A stretch of DNA of 34,712 nt from contig NW_014039890.1 in NCBI RefSeq assembly GCF_001186125.1, positions 16,936-51,647 on the forward strand, read 5' to 3'. The DNA is from Sphaeroforma arctica JP610. Taxonomy: Eukaryota. This document shows, piece by piece, positions 9,987 to 21,130 of the stretch (the stretch's first letter is position 1; every line of letters begins with the position of its first letter). The translations under genes were made by a program, and so were the position numbers. Under the pieces are notes generated by a model, which ran no database searches, had not been told where the DNA came from, and worked only from the letters and a program-made list of their open reading frames with translations.

Positions 9987-11560
9987 GTTGTGCTGGATTC
10001 AAGCCTTTTCAGAAGTAGATAATGTCTCTTCTGACTCCATCGATGACTTGAAACAAACACCCTCCTATGCCATAGTCACTAGCATCGTTCATGATTTGAA
10101 ACGGCACCTCATCAATCTGGTATGCTAGTGGCGATGGCTGCTTTGAGTTCTTCCCACTTCTTGATTAGTTCCGGTGTCCATAACATGGATATGTTCTGAT
10201 TCATTTTTCCCTTCATTAGGTTCCGAAAGTGTTTCGTTGTGTGGGCAAATTTGAGGACATGGTCTTGCTTATAATTTGCTAGTCCCACTGCTTTGTGCAG
10301 ATCTCTTTTTGTTCTGAGTAGTGGCCAATCCATCATTCTTTTTTGTTTCTCAGGGTCCGCTTTGAGTCCCTGTGTGGTGACTTTCACCCCAAGAATGTTG
10401 ATCACTTTGACCGCAAAGGCACATATGTTGTGATTTAGTCGGAAGTTTGCGCTATTCAGTCGCTTGATTACTCCACGAACTGTTTTGCAGTGTTCTTCTT
10501 CTGTGAGACTCGCAATGACTATGTCATCTACATACACTTGTACTCCTTTGATATCTATGAGCAGATTCGCCATGACTCTCTGAAATTGTGCTGTTAGTGA
10601 GTGTAGTCCAAACGGCGCGGACTTGAATGAATATTGCGCTCCTCTCCACGAGAATGCGAAGAAGTGTTGGCCTGCTTCGTCTACTAGGAAGTGATTAAAT
10701 CCTCCTGTAAGATCTAGCTTTGAAAAGAACTGTGCTCCTTGTAGGTTGTGTAACACTTCTTTACTTTTGGTAACACAAACTTGTCCTGTTCATATTGATA
10801 ATTGATCTCACGTAAGTCTAGACATGTCCTGACTTTTTTTGAGTAGACCTGTTTGGTCATGTTCTCCTGCTGATAACAACGGCAGGTTTACCGTTGTGGG
10901 TTTGTCGCGTTTGTATATGTGACCATCTTTAAGCCATCGTTGCACATTCTCGTTCGTTTGCGGAATGTATTTGTGCGGAACAAAGTTGACTTTAGCGTGC
11001 CTCATTTGTCTGACGCTGATTTCATTTGCAGGTACCGTGACTGTGGAGCCTGGTAGGTTACAATGAACATCAGGAGGTATATTCGCACTGGTATCCAGGA
11101 GGTCTGTAAGTGACTCTCTGAAACCTTCTTGTTCATGCTCTAAGTCTTCTTCATGTGGTGTGAGGAGTGATTCCCATTTTGCATCTGTTGGTATGAATGG
11201 GTTGATTAACCCTGCTATGTATATACCTATGTATGGTAGAATGTCCATACCTAGAAGTATTGGTGTCTTTTTGTCTGGTAAGTCCAATACTTCAAAGCAC
11301 TGAGAGGTCATCCTCCCTCCATAGTTAATGTCACAAACTTCTGTTGATCCAGTGCGTTGTATTATTGCATCTGTTTGTACTCGTTGTATATACCCAGGTT
11401 GCGCTCTAACAGACAGATATAGTTCTGAAACTACACTTTTGTCCATGCATGAGCGTTGTGCCCCTGAGTCTACTAGTGCATTGTATGTATTGCCATTTAT
11501 TTGTATAGCAATGTGTAAACGTTGGTCTCGTGGTGCGGGAAGTAAAGATAAAGGTTAATA
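9987..11560 (-). pseudogene. E2 pol fragment (protease-RT-partial RNase H)
   Basis: DSG at 11462-11470, ILLGMD, FSKLDLTGGFNH, APFGL, VYVDDIVI, and DASDYGIGGCLFQ at ~10050-10090. Confidence 0.92.
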
Positions 11561-11659
11561 ATTTATATCATTTGCATTTATTAACAACGTTTCTTCATCT
11601 GTAAATACATAGAGTCTGTCAGCCAGATCAATCATGTTCGCTTCCGCCCACCAGTGTTT

Positions 11660-13108
11660 TCAGTGCTCATCACCTTCTGTGATGTCTTCCACCTTGCCAG
11701 ATGTAATGGACAGTCTTGCTATCTGTACATCTTTCTTGGCTCGCTGCTCAGCCTTCTTGGCTTGGACTGCTTTCTTATCGGGACATTCGCTGTACCGATG
11801 TGGGTATGGCATTACCAGGCAGTAGGGGCATGCACGTTCTTCACGTGCTTCTTTCTTTTTCCGTGTCTGCTCCCCTTGCTTGTTCTGGTTTTGTAAACCA
11901 TTGTCTGTTTTGTGACGTTCGTTGGCGTTCGTGGAGTTATCCTCCACTTGCGTGTTCGTCTGTGCATTATTGCGCTTATTTGCAGCTCGCGCTTGATCTC
12001 TCAACATACACTCTCCTTGTGTTACAGACGCCGTTCATATGTGTGTCTCAGTCATAGTATGAAACTTGGTATGTTCTATGTCAGACAGGTGTCCTTCACT
12101 TCCATCAGGTTGCTTGTCTCCTTTGATTAGGAGATCCACTACTGATTGTAGTCCATAGTACTTAAGTGCTAGGTACCTTTGTACTTGGAGGATTTGGAAG
12201 TGTATGGGTTCCTTGTCTGAGTTGCGGTGACGCTCCTCTAACATCGCCATTGTCTTGTGCACACGCTCTGTGCGCACTTCGACGTTCATCTTCTTATTCT
12301 GCATGTCATTGAGAAACTTCTCCAATAGATAGTCTACTGGGTGTGATCTGAGTCGATCAAGAAAGATTCTATTGAACTGTTCAGGATCAGTGAAGTGACT
12401 AGTCGTTTGTGTCTCAGAGTCTCTTATGTTATTGAGTACTGCTTTGGTTTTCTCCGTTGCATCAGTGGAATCTAATAATCTTCTCACTTGCGCTGGATAC
12501 TGACACAATGGCATTGACGTAGCTAAGAACAGATAACTACATTGTGTAGTGAACTCTGTGATATCTTCACAGTTTTCCAAACTAAAGAAACTATCTTTAG
12601 TCCTCTTGGGAAATTCCGATGTCTTGAGTAATTTCTCAAGAGACGGTTCATTTATCTGATCTCCTAACCGGGAACGCATGAGCTCTAGCTTACTAATGTA
12701 CAGACCACTTTGTATGAGTTTGTCCTCTTCATCATCATCACAATTGTTGATCGCTTGGTCATATCGTCGTCTGAGCTCCGCATCCACTAGTGGCATGCGA
12801 CGCTCTGGCTGTTGATTATGTATGCCTACCCTCATCTTGTTCAGAGTTGGTATGGGCACCGGTACTGTCTGTTCCAATTTGGACACAAACCGACTCACCA
12901 GAACAAGATTGCATTGACAGATACTCTGGTCTATTTCTAGACACATTGCTGACGCTGCGATGGGTACCCCCGCCGGTGTAGGCTGACCCGAACTACTGTC
13001 TGGGCTTGCCTCCCCCATTGGGCTGACTCCCACGACACCTGCGCCTTCACTACCGCCTTCACTACCTTACCCCCCATTGTACACGCTTGTTCTGGTTGCT
13101 GTTGGCAT
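11660..13108 (-). pseudogene. E2 gag-like region (frameshifted)
   Basis: A 332-aa and a 115-aa ORF lie directly upstream of the protease and include a CPYC-x6-H-x4-C knuckle. Candidate ATG at 13108. Confidence 0.7.
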
Positions 13109-13462
13109 TTTCAGAAGTGTGTGTTGGTGTGTGGGTGTTAGTGGATTATTACTAAATACTCTATATAGGTTCTGTGGGAAAGCGCGCACTTCACCCCCCC
13201 CCCGCCGGTCTTTTGTGCTTATTTATATAAATGAAATGAAATTTTGATTTGTTTTACTTACTGCTATAGTGTTGTTGCTTTGCTGCACTTCCACTGGAAG
13301 TGTTTACCGTGCTGTATGACGCGGTAGCTTGTTGCTTTGTTCCCTGTATTTATGAGGGATAAAAACGGTGTTTGTTAGTAAAGCTTATTTCGTCATGTGT
13401 GACGTCACTTGTGCTTATTACGTCATGTGAGAAAATAATTCCTCATGTGTTCTCAATGAGAT

Positions 13463-13637
13463 GTTCGGTCCTTGTGACGTCACCGAAAAAGGTAGGTCCT
13501 GTCGACGTCACCGAAGAAGTTCAGTCCTGTCGACGTCACCGAATAAGTTCAGTCCTGTCGACGTCACCGAAGAAGTTCGGTCCTGTCGACGTCACCGAAG
13601 AAGTTCGGTCTGTTGACGTCACCTCTTGATGTTCGGT
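13463..13637. repeat. 28-bp minisatellite, ~6 copies (gtcctgtcgacgtcaccgaagaagttcR), in the E2 leader
   Basis: gacgtc occurs at 13476, 13504, 13532, 13560, 13588 and 13615. Confidence 0.93.
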
Positions 13638-15747
13638 CTTAGTCACTGCACATGTATTGATGTGTGCACCACCTGTTGTGTGTGTGGTTTCTAAGTGATT
13701 CTCACTTGTGATCCTTTTTGGTGCTTGTGTGCTTCCTTGTGTGGATCTCACTGGTTGTGTGCCAGCTTTTGTGAAGCTTGTTTGGCTCGCGATGTCCTTG
13801 GGCTTGCTGTTCTTGTTCGCCACTTGCTGTCCGTTCCTAGGACTGTAGCTTGTGAAACACAGTGATTGATTGTGTATTTCAATTGTGTATTTCAATGTTG
13901 TGTACCAATGATTGAATTGGTCACTTGTATGTGTGTGTCGTCTCTCTACTGCAGGTTATTTGACCTATGTGCTTTTCAAGTGCTCCCCTGACTTTGCTTT
14001 TGTACGTGTTATGTCGTACTGTGTGTGTTCCTGCCCTTCAGGTTTATGGTTGCACGTTGTGCTATTGTTTTGTGACGAGCTGATTGCTCTTGGATGTTAA
14101 TTCACCCTGTTGTGTCTGTGTATTGTTTATTTTTGAATGTTTGTTTGTACCTCAATGAAGACCATTCGTTGTTAGCGATGCTTTGTGCACTTTATGTATT
14201 ATTGGCTTGCTTGTAGCTCAATGCGCTAGCCTACATTTGGTGTAATTGATTGATTGCCACTCTGATTTGTTGATTGAGTGTTTTGAATCTTGTATAGCTT
14301 GTATAAAGTGCTGCGTTGTTTGTATGGAAATGGCTTGCCCTTCTAATGATTCTATATTGAGATCTTTTCATATCCTAGTAGGAAGTATTGTCATAATCTC
14401 TAGTTTATGTTAATGAATGGAGATCACTTATTTGAAATCAGTGAATCTTGTTTTAATGACTATCATGTGATCACAAATTGTGATGCTTAAGTTCGTGTGT
14501 TCACAAAGAGTGGTACTTAAGCCTTATTTGTGTCTTGTATTAAGTAGTGGTGCTGATTCCTCATTCCCCTGTGTACCGCACTACGTGTTCCATATCATGT
14601 TACTCGCTCACCACACTTTCGTCCTGTTTTGATCGTTTTTAGACTATAATTGTGCTTGATCAGGCCGTTGGTGTGTGGCTATATGATCTTGAGAGGTACT
14701 CTGGTAGTATGTTGTTTGTACTCATAGGTATACTTTGAGTTTTAGCTATTAGTGTTCCTCGATTGTATGTTCGATTTGTGTGCACCTTCTAATTTAACTT
14801 CTGATATTGAGTATTGTACTCAGAACTTCGCTATGATTCACTATGAATATCTCCTGACTTGGGAGCTACTTTTTGCTAAGGCATACCTCTTTGTTATCAC
14901 TAGTTGGATCTTCCGATCTCTATTTTTATTTATTAAGATTCTCAATACTATAAATTACTTTGAAATGTAAGTGATGCTTCTTGTGAACTTATTGATCCTC
15001 TTAATTGATCGATCCTCCTATCTGGTAACTAGTCTTTTTAGTGTTGTGTCCACTCTTCTTATGCTCTAGATAATGTGTACACATAGATGCTCTATCTCAC
15101 TTGTTGTTTGCTTGTTACATTATAATGTGATGATTGAATCTTATATTGCACTGTGCTGATTGAATCGTAGATAAATGTTGTCTTTACCGTGTTCTGTGTT
15201 CTTACTATTCGTCTAGAGAGACTTCTGTGTACGTGTAGTGATGTGCTTTTTGAAAGTCTAACGTCATTTTGGTTTCTTGTCTGAAATTTCCTGAAAAAGC
15301 TCAACATTGATAGATCGATCACCTTGATAGCTTCTCAGTTTTCACTAGTTTATGCCTTCACGCTGGTACTTACTTGTACCTCTCTATACTTGATAACACT
15401 CTATTAACATAGTACACTTACCCCAAATATTCAGTACACAATGCTGTTACCTTGTATGTTCCCTTTTTTGTTCACTAGTGAGTCTATGCCGGAGCTCGCT
15501 TCTTTGCTTCTTCCACTCACTTCTTGTTGGGCCCCGGCTGGCTAGCTGGTGGGAACACGTTTATTCGCCTCCTCTTTCTTGTCTAGCTTCCTTGGCTGAC
15601 TTGCTGAAACTTCTTCTTTGTATCTTTACCTTGAAACTGAAATAGAGCTTATTCGGTATTACTAGATACTTATTGTGTACTTCACTTGTCACTTGCTTTG
15701 TTAGGTGGAAGTCAGTTGACTTATCTAAGTAAAGATATTGTAAATAA

Positions 15748-16073
15748 TGTAGAGTATGGAGAGCAGCTGAAAGGTATAAGACAATAGGATACAATAGACC
15801 TCTTCTCAAGTACGGTTATCTCAGCTAAGAAATTCCCTAGTCTGAGAGAACCGAACTGAGTCTTTATTTGTGTTTTCACTAGACTCAGGATTTACTTGAG
15901 TGTTTCTCTCACACGCGGGAGTCCCGGTATATATATTACCGGTTCTACCGCTAATATTTATGATGACTCTAATATCATAAGTATTCCAATCCTAATTCCA
16001 AGCTCAGTATTTGATGATTCTGGGTTTTGGGATTTGGATTGGCTTTTTGATATTCTGGTCCCTAGATGATACA
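15748..16073 (-). repeat. Putative 5' LTR of E2
   Basis: TGTA...TACA ends. On the minus strand, a TATA-like run (~15928-15936) precedes AATAAA (~15863-15868). The sequence switches abruptly to coding-like DNA at 16074. No partner LTR is present in the window. Confidence 0.4.
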
Positions 16074-16075
16074 TG

Positions 16076-16210
16076 TATGATGACATTGCCCACTACTACA
16101 AACTAGACACAAAAGCCGCCGAGGATTATGACCTAGCTGCAGACTTAGCACTATTCAATTTAGATTTAGATGACGATATTTCAGAGAACAAGGATGTATC
16201 AGAGACTTAA
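16076..16210 (+). pseudogene. C-terminal fragment of an ORF convergent with the transposase
   Basis: 45 codons, YDDIAHYYKLDTKAAEDYDLAADLALFNLDLDDDISENKDVSET*, truncated at the putative E2 LTR. Confidence 0.3.
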
Positions 16211-16301
16211 GAGATAAGTAAACAGTAAAGTAACATATAAATTTATAACTTAATTTATTCGACTAAACTACGTTCTGTTTATAACCCTGGATCCCTCCTC
16301 A

Positions 16302-17825
16302 CTATGGGTGATATACTATCGGTGAAGAAAAAATCGTGAAGAAGTGCGGATCTACCAAACGTACCTCCTGCGCCAACATCCTGAACAGTTTAGCCGAAGA
16401 TGCAATCTCAATCGTTTCTAGATTTTGCGCAATAGTAAATTGGTTGTCTTTGCGCAACATCGGAGGTACGTTATATGTGCATCCAGCCGGTAGTAAATCA
16501 GCTATATGAAATTCTTTATCACCCATCGCGGCGGAACCAGGCCACATCTTCACGTATAGAGCCTTTCTACATATCCGAGATATTTTCCGATCATTTATTT
16601 TGCCGGGATACAACGGAGACACATATGTGCAGTGTCCGGCGGCTGACATTCCCACGAGCCTTTTTACCGTATTATGATGTTTGTACTTGCTATTTGTTGC
16701 CTTTTGGAAATCTAGATTGGACAGAGTCTAGATGAAGAACTTTACAACAGTGAAGGGAGTAATATGTGTTATTGATAATTGAGTATGATGCAATCCCTTT
16801 GTATTTATAATATACGTGCATACAATATATTCATTCAAAGTACTACGTTAACATATTGAGCGCTCTTCAGACACACGAATACATACCTGTGCAATCGACA
16901 ATTAGTTATGTTTTTGGATGCTTGTCCATGAAGCAAGGTAGCCGTAGTGCATCCACAGTTGCCTTGTTGAAGAAAGTCATCGGTGCATTACCAGGATGAC
17001 GGATATAACCCAAAAGTACTGCATTCATATCATTGAGAATATTTGATACGGTCTGTGTACAAATTAATCCAAACAAGTGTGTTAGGATGCTTGATCTAAG
17101 TTGTACCTAACCCTGGCGAACCACAACAAAAGGGCGTTCCGAAAAGTCAGTGTATTTCGTCCGGGTCTGAATGCTTTACCATATTCCTCTATATTATCCG
17201 CAAAAGCCAGAAACTTAGCGGGAATTTGAAATCCTGTCCAGAAGCGAACCTTCTCTACATCCTTATATACATACTCGTACGTCAGTTTGTAAACGTAAGT
17301 CTCTTTAAAAGTCTTCGCCATCCCGTCAAATATGTTGCTTCTCATTGAGTTTTTCCTCCAACAAACTCAATTCAATCTTTTGCTTGAAGACCTGTCGTGT
17401 GTTCCTGTTCTACACTTTTCATCTCAGTACGTAGTTGGTCAAATTCTGCTTCCAACGCTGCTAACTTAGCAGCAGATCTGCTAAGAGCCGCTATCTTCTC
17501 TTCTAGCTGCATCTCAGTAGTGTTCACCTTAGTGTGTCGCCTTTTTACTGGTATGATATTGTCATCTGGATGTATGGTAGCAAGTGGTCGCCTATTCGAA
17601 TGTAAACTGGGTCGGGAATTCTCCTGCAGAGATTCCAATTGCATCATCTCATTCAGTAATCTCTGCTGTTCTAACGCTTCCTGTGCTAAACGTGAACGTG
17701 CAATATGTGCCCGATATCGTTCTGCCGTCATTGGAACAGCATCGCTTGTGAGTTTTGTATGTCTCCATGTTTTACGTATATACTTATATGACAGTGTTTT
17801 GTGCACAATTTATGTTGTATTTTTA
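16302..17825 (-). pseudogene. ISL2EU/PIF-Harbinger-type transposase pseudogene (THAP remnant, HTH_Tnp_4, DDE_Tnp_4)
   Basis: LCTKH..KLTSDAVP (THAP end), a coiled coil, KVRFWTGF, RNALLLWFARVRYNL, LIVDCT(E) split by an intron (GTATGT at 16886), SKYKHHNTVK.LVG, YVSPLYPGKINDR, MGDKEF and NVPPML..NQFT. The RIHVE motif is missing. Confidence 0.85.
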
Positions 17826-18544
17826 TCTCACAATGAAGTTGACCGTCCCGTCAACCAGAACCGTGTGCGATCTTGGTACCAGACTGTGGCATTCTGGCAA
17901 CGCTATATTGTCGGTTCCTCCCAAGATCTTGAAGCCCATATCAGTCTTGCTCAAAGATGGAGTGCGATTTAAGTGGGGTGCTGACCAGCAGGCCGCGTTT
18001 GATTTAATCAACGCGCGTCTGAAGACATGTGCAGTCCTTGCTACGCCGGAACTGGGTGACCGGCTCTATCAGTTCGCTGATGCTTGTGGGCATATCGGCC
18101 TTGGTGGTGCGATATGTGTGCTGAGGAATGGGGAACTCTGGCCAGTGGCGTATATTTCCTCCAAGTTCTCACCGGACCAGCTCAACAATCACGTAACTGA
18201 CAAGGAGTGGCTTGTGCAGGTGTACGGTCTTCGGAAGCATTGGATTGTGTTTGGTAACTCTCATCACCCTATCACAATCTTCACGGACCATCAGGCACTT
18301 TTAACCCTGTGGCACCGTAAGCCGTGGCCGGCGGCAGGCACGCTGGCAGGAGGCTTGTCGGGACCGTGATGGTTATCTCTTGCATGTGTGGGGTGGGTAA
18401 GGACAACGGCACAGCGGATATGCTGAGCCGCCTTGCAACTAAGGTGGATCTGTGGATGGATCCGGTTGGGGCGCGAACAGCTACCCCTGTGCGGCGAATT
18501 ACGTGGCGGTACCCGGTCGCCCGCCTGGTCCTCTCCACAGTAAT

Positions 18545-18926
18545 GAATATATGGCCAATAACAAGTATTTCAATGTGGCTTATAAGGCTTGGGGTCCGGA
18601 TACCCATTCCCAGGCAATAACCACTTGCCCTCTTATTTCTCCCCCTCTTTGGAGGGCGGTGCGTTCTCCAAATTATGGACGTTCCTCAACTTTGAGATGA
18701 ATTGCCCGTGGGCCGCTGTCCCGCGCGAAGATTATCGCGGATGAAGAAGACATTTCATTAACGTGTCCTTATCTCCCTGATTCCCCAAGGTTTCAGCTGA
18801 TGTTATCTTTGTTGTCGCGGGAGCCCATCATCATTCCTCCGGAGAAAGGGGTCTTTTTTTCGCTATGGACATGAAGAGATGCCACCTCGCTGGGGTACTA
18901 AGTTGTTGTGTAGGCTATCGGCCAAG
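18545..18926 (+). pseudogene. E4 N6-adenine methyltransferase-like (MT) domain
   Basis: Read across two frameshifts: EYMANNKYFNVAYKAWGP / GNNHLPSYFSPSLEGGAFSKLWTFLNFEMNCPW(18700-18711)AAVPR / KIIADEEDISLTCPYLPDSPRFQLMLSLLSREPIIIPPEKGVFFRYG..PPRWGT. Colinear with the E1 MT domain. Confidence 0.72.
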
Positions 18927-19289
18927 GGTGCCAATTTCCAGGATACTAAGGATTTTTGGCGTCAGCGTGACGCGTTCGTTCCAGGAGCTGTGGCTGGGGA
19001 CGCCACCCACTCGGTTCTCCGGACTAGTCCGCGAACGGTGCCCCCCCCCAACCCACTCCCGTGGAGCTGTCTTCAATCGAGCGAAAGGCTGCGCAGGGCA
19101 CGGAACCTAAGCGCAAAATACCTGATCGGCGTGTGCACAGGGCTAGTGCCCGACATGGGCAAGTCCAGGCAGCTGTGCAGAGGGACTTGCCCAAATCTAA
19201 GGGCAAGGTCGAACCGTCAGTCAAGCGTGCCATGGAAGGCTCTTCTCCGTATCGGATTCGGGGCTTCATATTTTCTTGGCCGGAAGTCT

Positions 19290-20264
19290 ACAGTGTCATT
19301 GCGGCCACCCACAGAGTGTATATGCATACAGGAACTGACAAGCTGATGGGCAAGCTGTATACCCTTTATGGATGGAACGGCCTGCGATCCCTGGTCCGAG
19401 TGATCAAGCGATCGTGTCACCGTTGCTAGTTACGGGCTCCGCATAGTGCACAGGAGTTGGGCTTACTCCAGCAGCCCAAGCGTGCGCGCGGGTTGTTTAA
19501 CCATGTGTTCATGGACTTTGCGTCTCTGCCTAAGACCTTAACGGGATATACTCATCTTCTGCTGGTGGTGGACAGAGCCACTTCGATGGTGTTAGTAAAA
19601 CTATCTCACACTAAGAGTGCTCGTAAGGCTATTAAGTTCAAAAATGAAGTTGTTCATCCTTGGGGTCAACCCAAAATGTACACGTGTGACAAGGATTCTG
19701 TCTTCATGGCCAAGGAATTTGCTGACTTTGCAAAGCAATCAGGCAGGGGAAAGCACGATGTCACCACTGACCATCACCAAGCCAATTGTGCAGCCAAAGC
19801 TATGGTGAAGGTTGCTCAGGATTAGATACTCAAGTCTATGACTGCGCAGGATGAGGGTGATTGGGTCCCTTGGTTGCAACTGTTACAATGCTGCGACTAC
19901 CGCCACTCAAGATTTCGCCCCATATACGATGGCTACCAACCGTGTATATGATGGGGAGCGTGAGTTCAACTTCGAAGCCGACGTATGTTGCCTCCTGGCC
20001 ACTGAGGACTCTGCCCATGCCTTAGTGCGTGATGATGCAGCGTTCCAGTGCACCCAGCATGCTAAGGAAGCGCAAAGGGCGAGGGCAAATAGGGTTCGCA
20101 AGCGGGCTCAAGAACTTGCTCCCGGGTCTCTGGTTAAATTCAAGTCTTCCCCGGATCGTCCGAAGTTGGATGATAAATGGAAAGGCCCTGCTACTATACG
20201 GTCGCAGGATGGCCCGGTAACGTACACTATCTCGTTCCAGGGCAAAGGAGTCAGTCGCCACTGA
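19290..20264 (+). pseudogene. E4 integrase (HHCC finger, rve core, GPY/F-like C-terminus)
   Basis: THRVYMHTG...SCHRC, FNHVFMDF, HHQAN, WKGPATI, with several premature stops. Confidence 0.88.
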
Positions 20265-20919
20265 ACCCAGCTCTGTCCGTATATATCTCCCATTTTCCCA
20301 AATATTGGGCAGGAAGTCGATTTGGTATTCTCGGCGATTACGAGCAGTGGCTATTCATGCGGTCCCTCTTTCGGAAGGCACCGATCGAGTGGCGCAGAGC
20401 GGTGTTGCACCACCATCGGCACACTGAGAAGGGCCAGACGTGGAAGGGTCTAGTTAACTCGGCCTTTGGTCTTTTGCAGAAGGCGTATACCCGTAAGGAC
20501 AAGCGGGTCAAATACAACTTATCTCCTGCGGTTCGCAAGTTTTTGCGCGGGAATGGAAGAGGCTCTCCCCGGGCACTCTTCAGTCACGCATGTCCCTGGT
20601 CGGGTCGGCGTTGGCGTTTGCTCAGGTCCCCACATTCCGTGCCGAGAAGGTTAAGGAATGGACGGACGCAGCGAACAATAGGGATATTTAATCTTTTATG
20701 CTTTTCATTACCTGACATAAACAGCGACATCAAAATTTGTACATGGTATAAAAACCGAAATTTTCAAATCCTATTGGAAATTTGCTTCCGATGGCTCGAG
20801 TTGAAAACAAACGCATGTTTTTGTCCAATAAGACCGTAGTAGTGAAGATTTTTGTTCAAGAAAAACTTGCACTGTGCAACTTGCTGCCTACGACTTGGTG
20901 GCTCGGTGGAAAAGCCGCC

Positions 20920-21130
20920 TGTGGTCAGATATACTCTATTTAGTTTATTTCACGTTTTTAGGTTTATTTGAAAAAGGGTCATAAACCCTGGTTTAAGGTT
21001 TATGACCAATTTTATACACATGTTAAATATTAGAACCTATGGTTCATTTTATAATTCAATAAAGATACAACGTCTCCCCTTGTAAGAGGGGAGTACGTTG
21101 AGATATTGTTAACTCGCGTATTTGACTACA
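20920..21130 (+). repeat. E3 5' LTR
   Basis: 203/211 identical to 27220-27430 by manual comparison. Confidence 0.97.

Larger units (their letters stand above)
9987..16073 (-). mobile_element. E2: degenerate Ty3/gypsy LTR retrotransposon, interrupted in RNase H by E1
   Basis: Gag-like ORFs, protease ALVDSGAQRS, RT YVDD and the RNase H start DASDYGIGG are present. The right boundary is tentative. Confidence 0.75.
17830..20650 (+). mobile_element. E4: pol fragment of a divergent Ty3/gypsy element (RT thumb-RH-MT-IN), no LTR recognised
   Basis: VRSWYQTVAFWQRYI, FKWGADQQAAF, FADAC, PVAYIS, DKEWL, FTDHQAL. Integrase motifs: H-x4-H..CHRC, VFMDF, VVDRAT, CDKDSVF, KLDDKWKGP. Confidence 0.9.
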
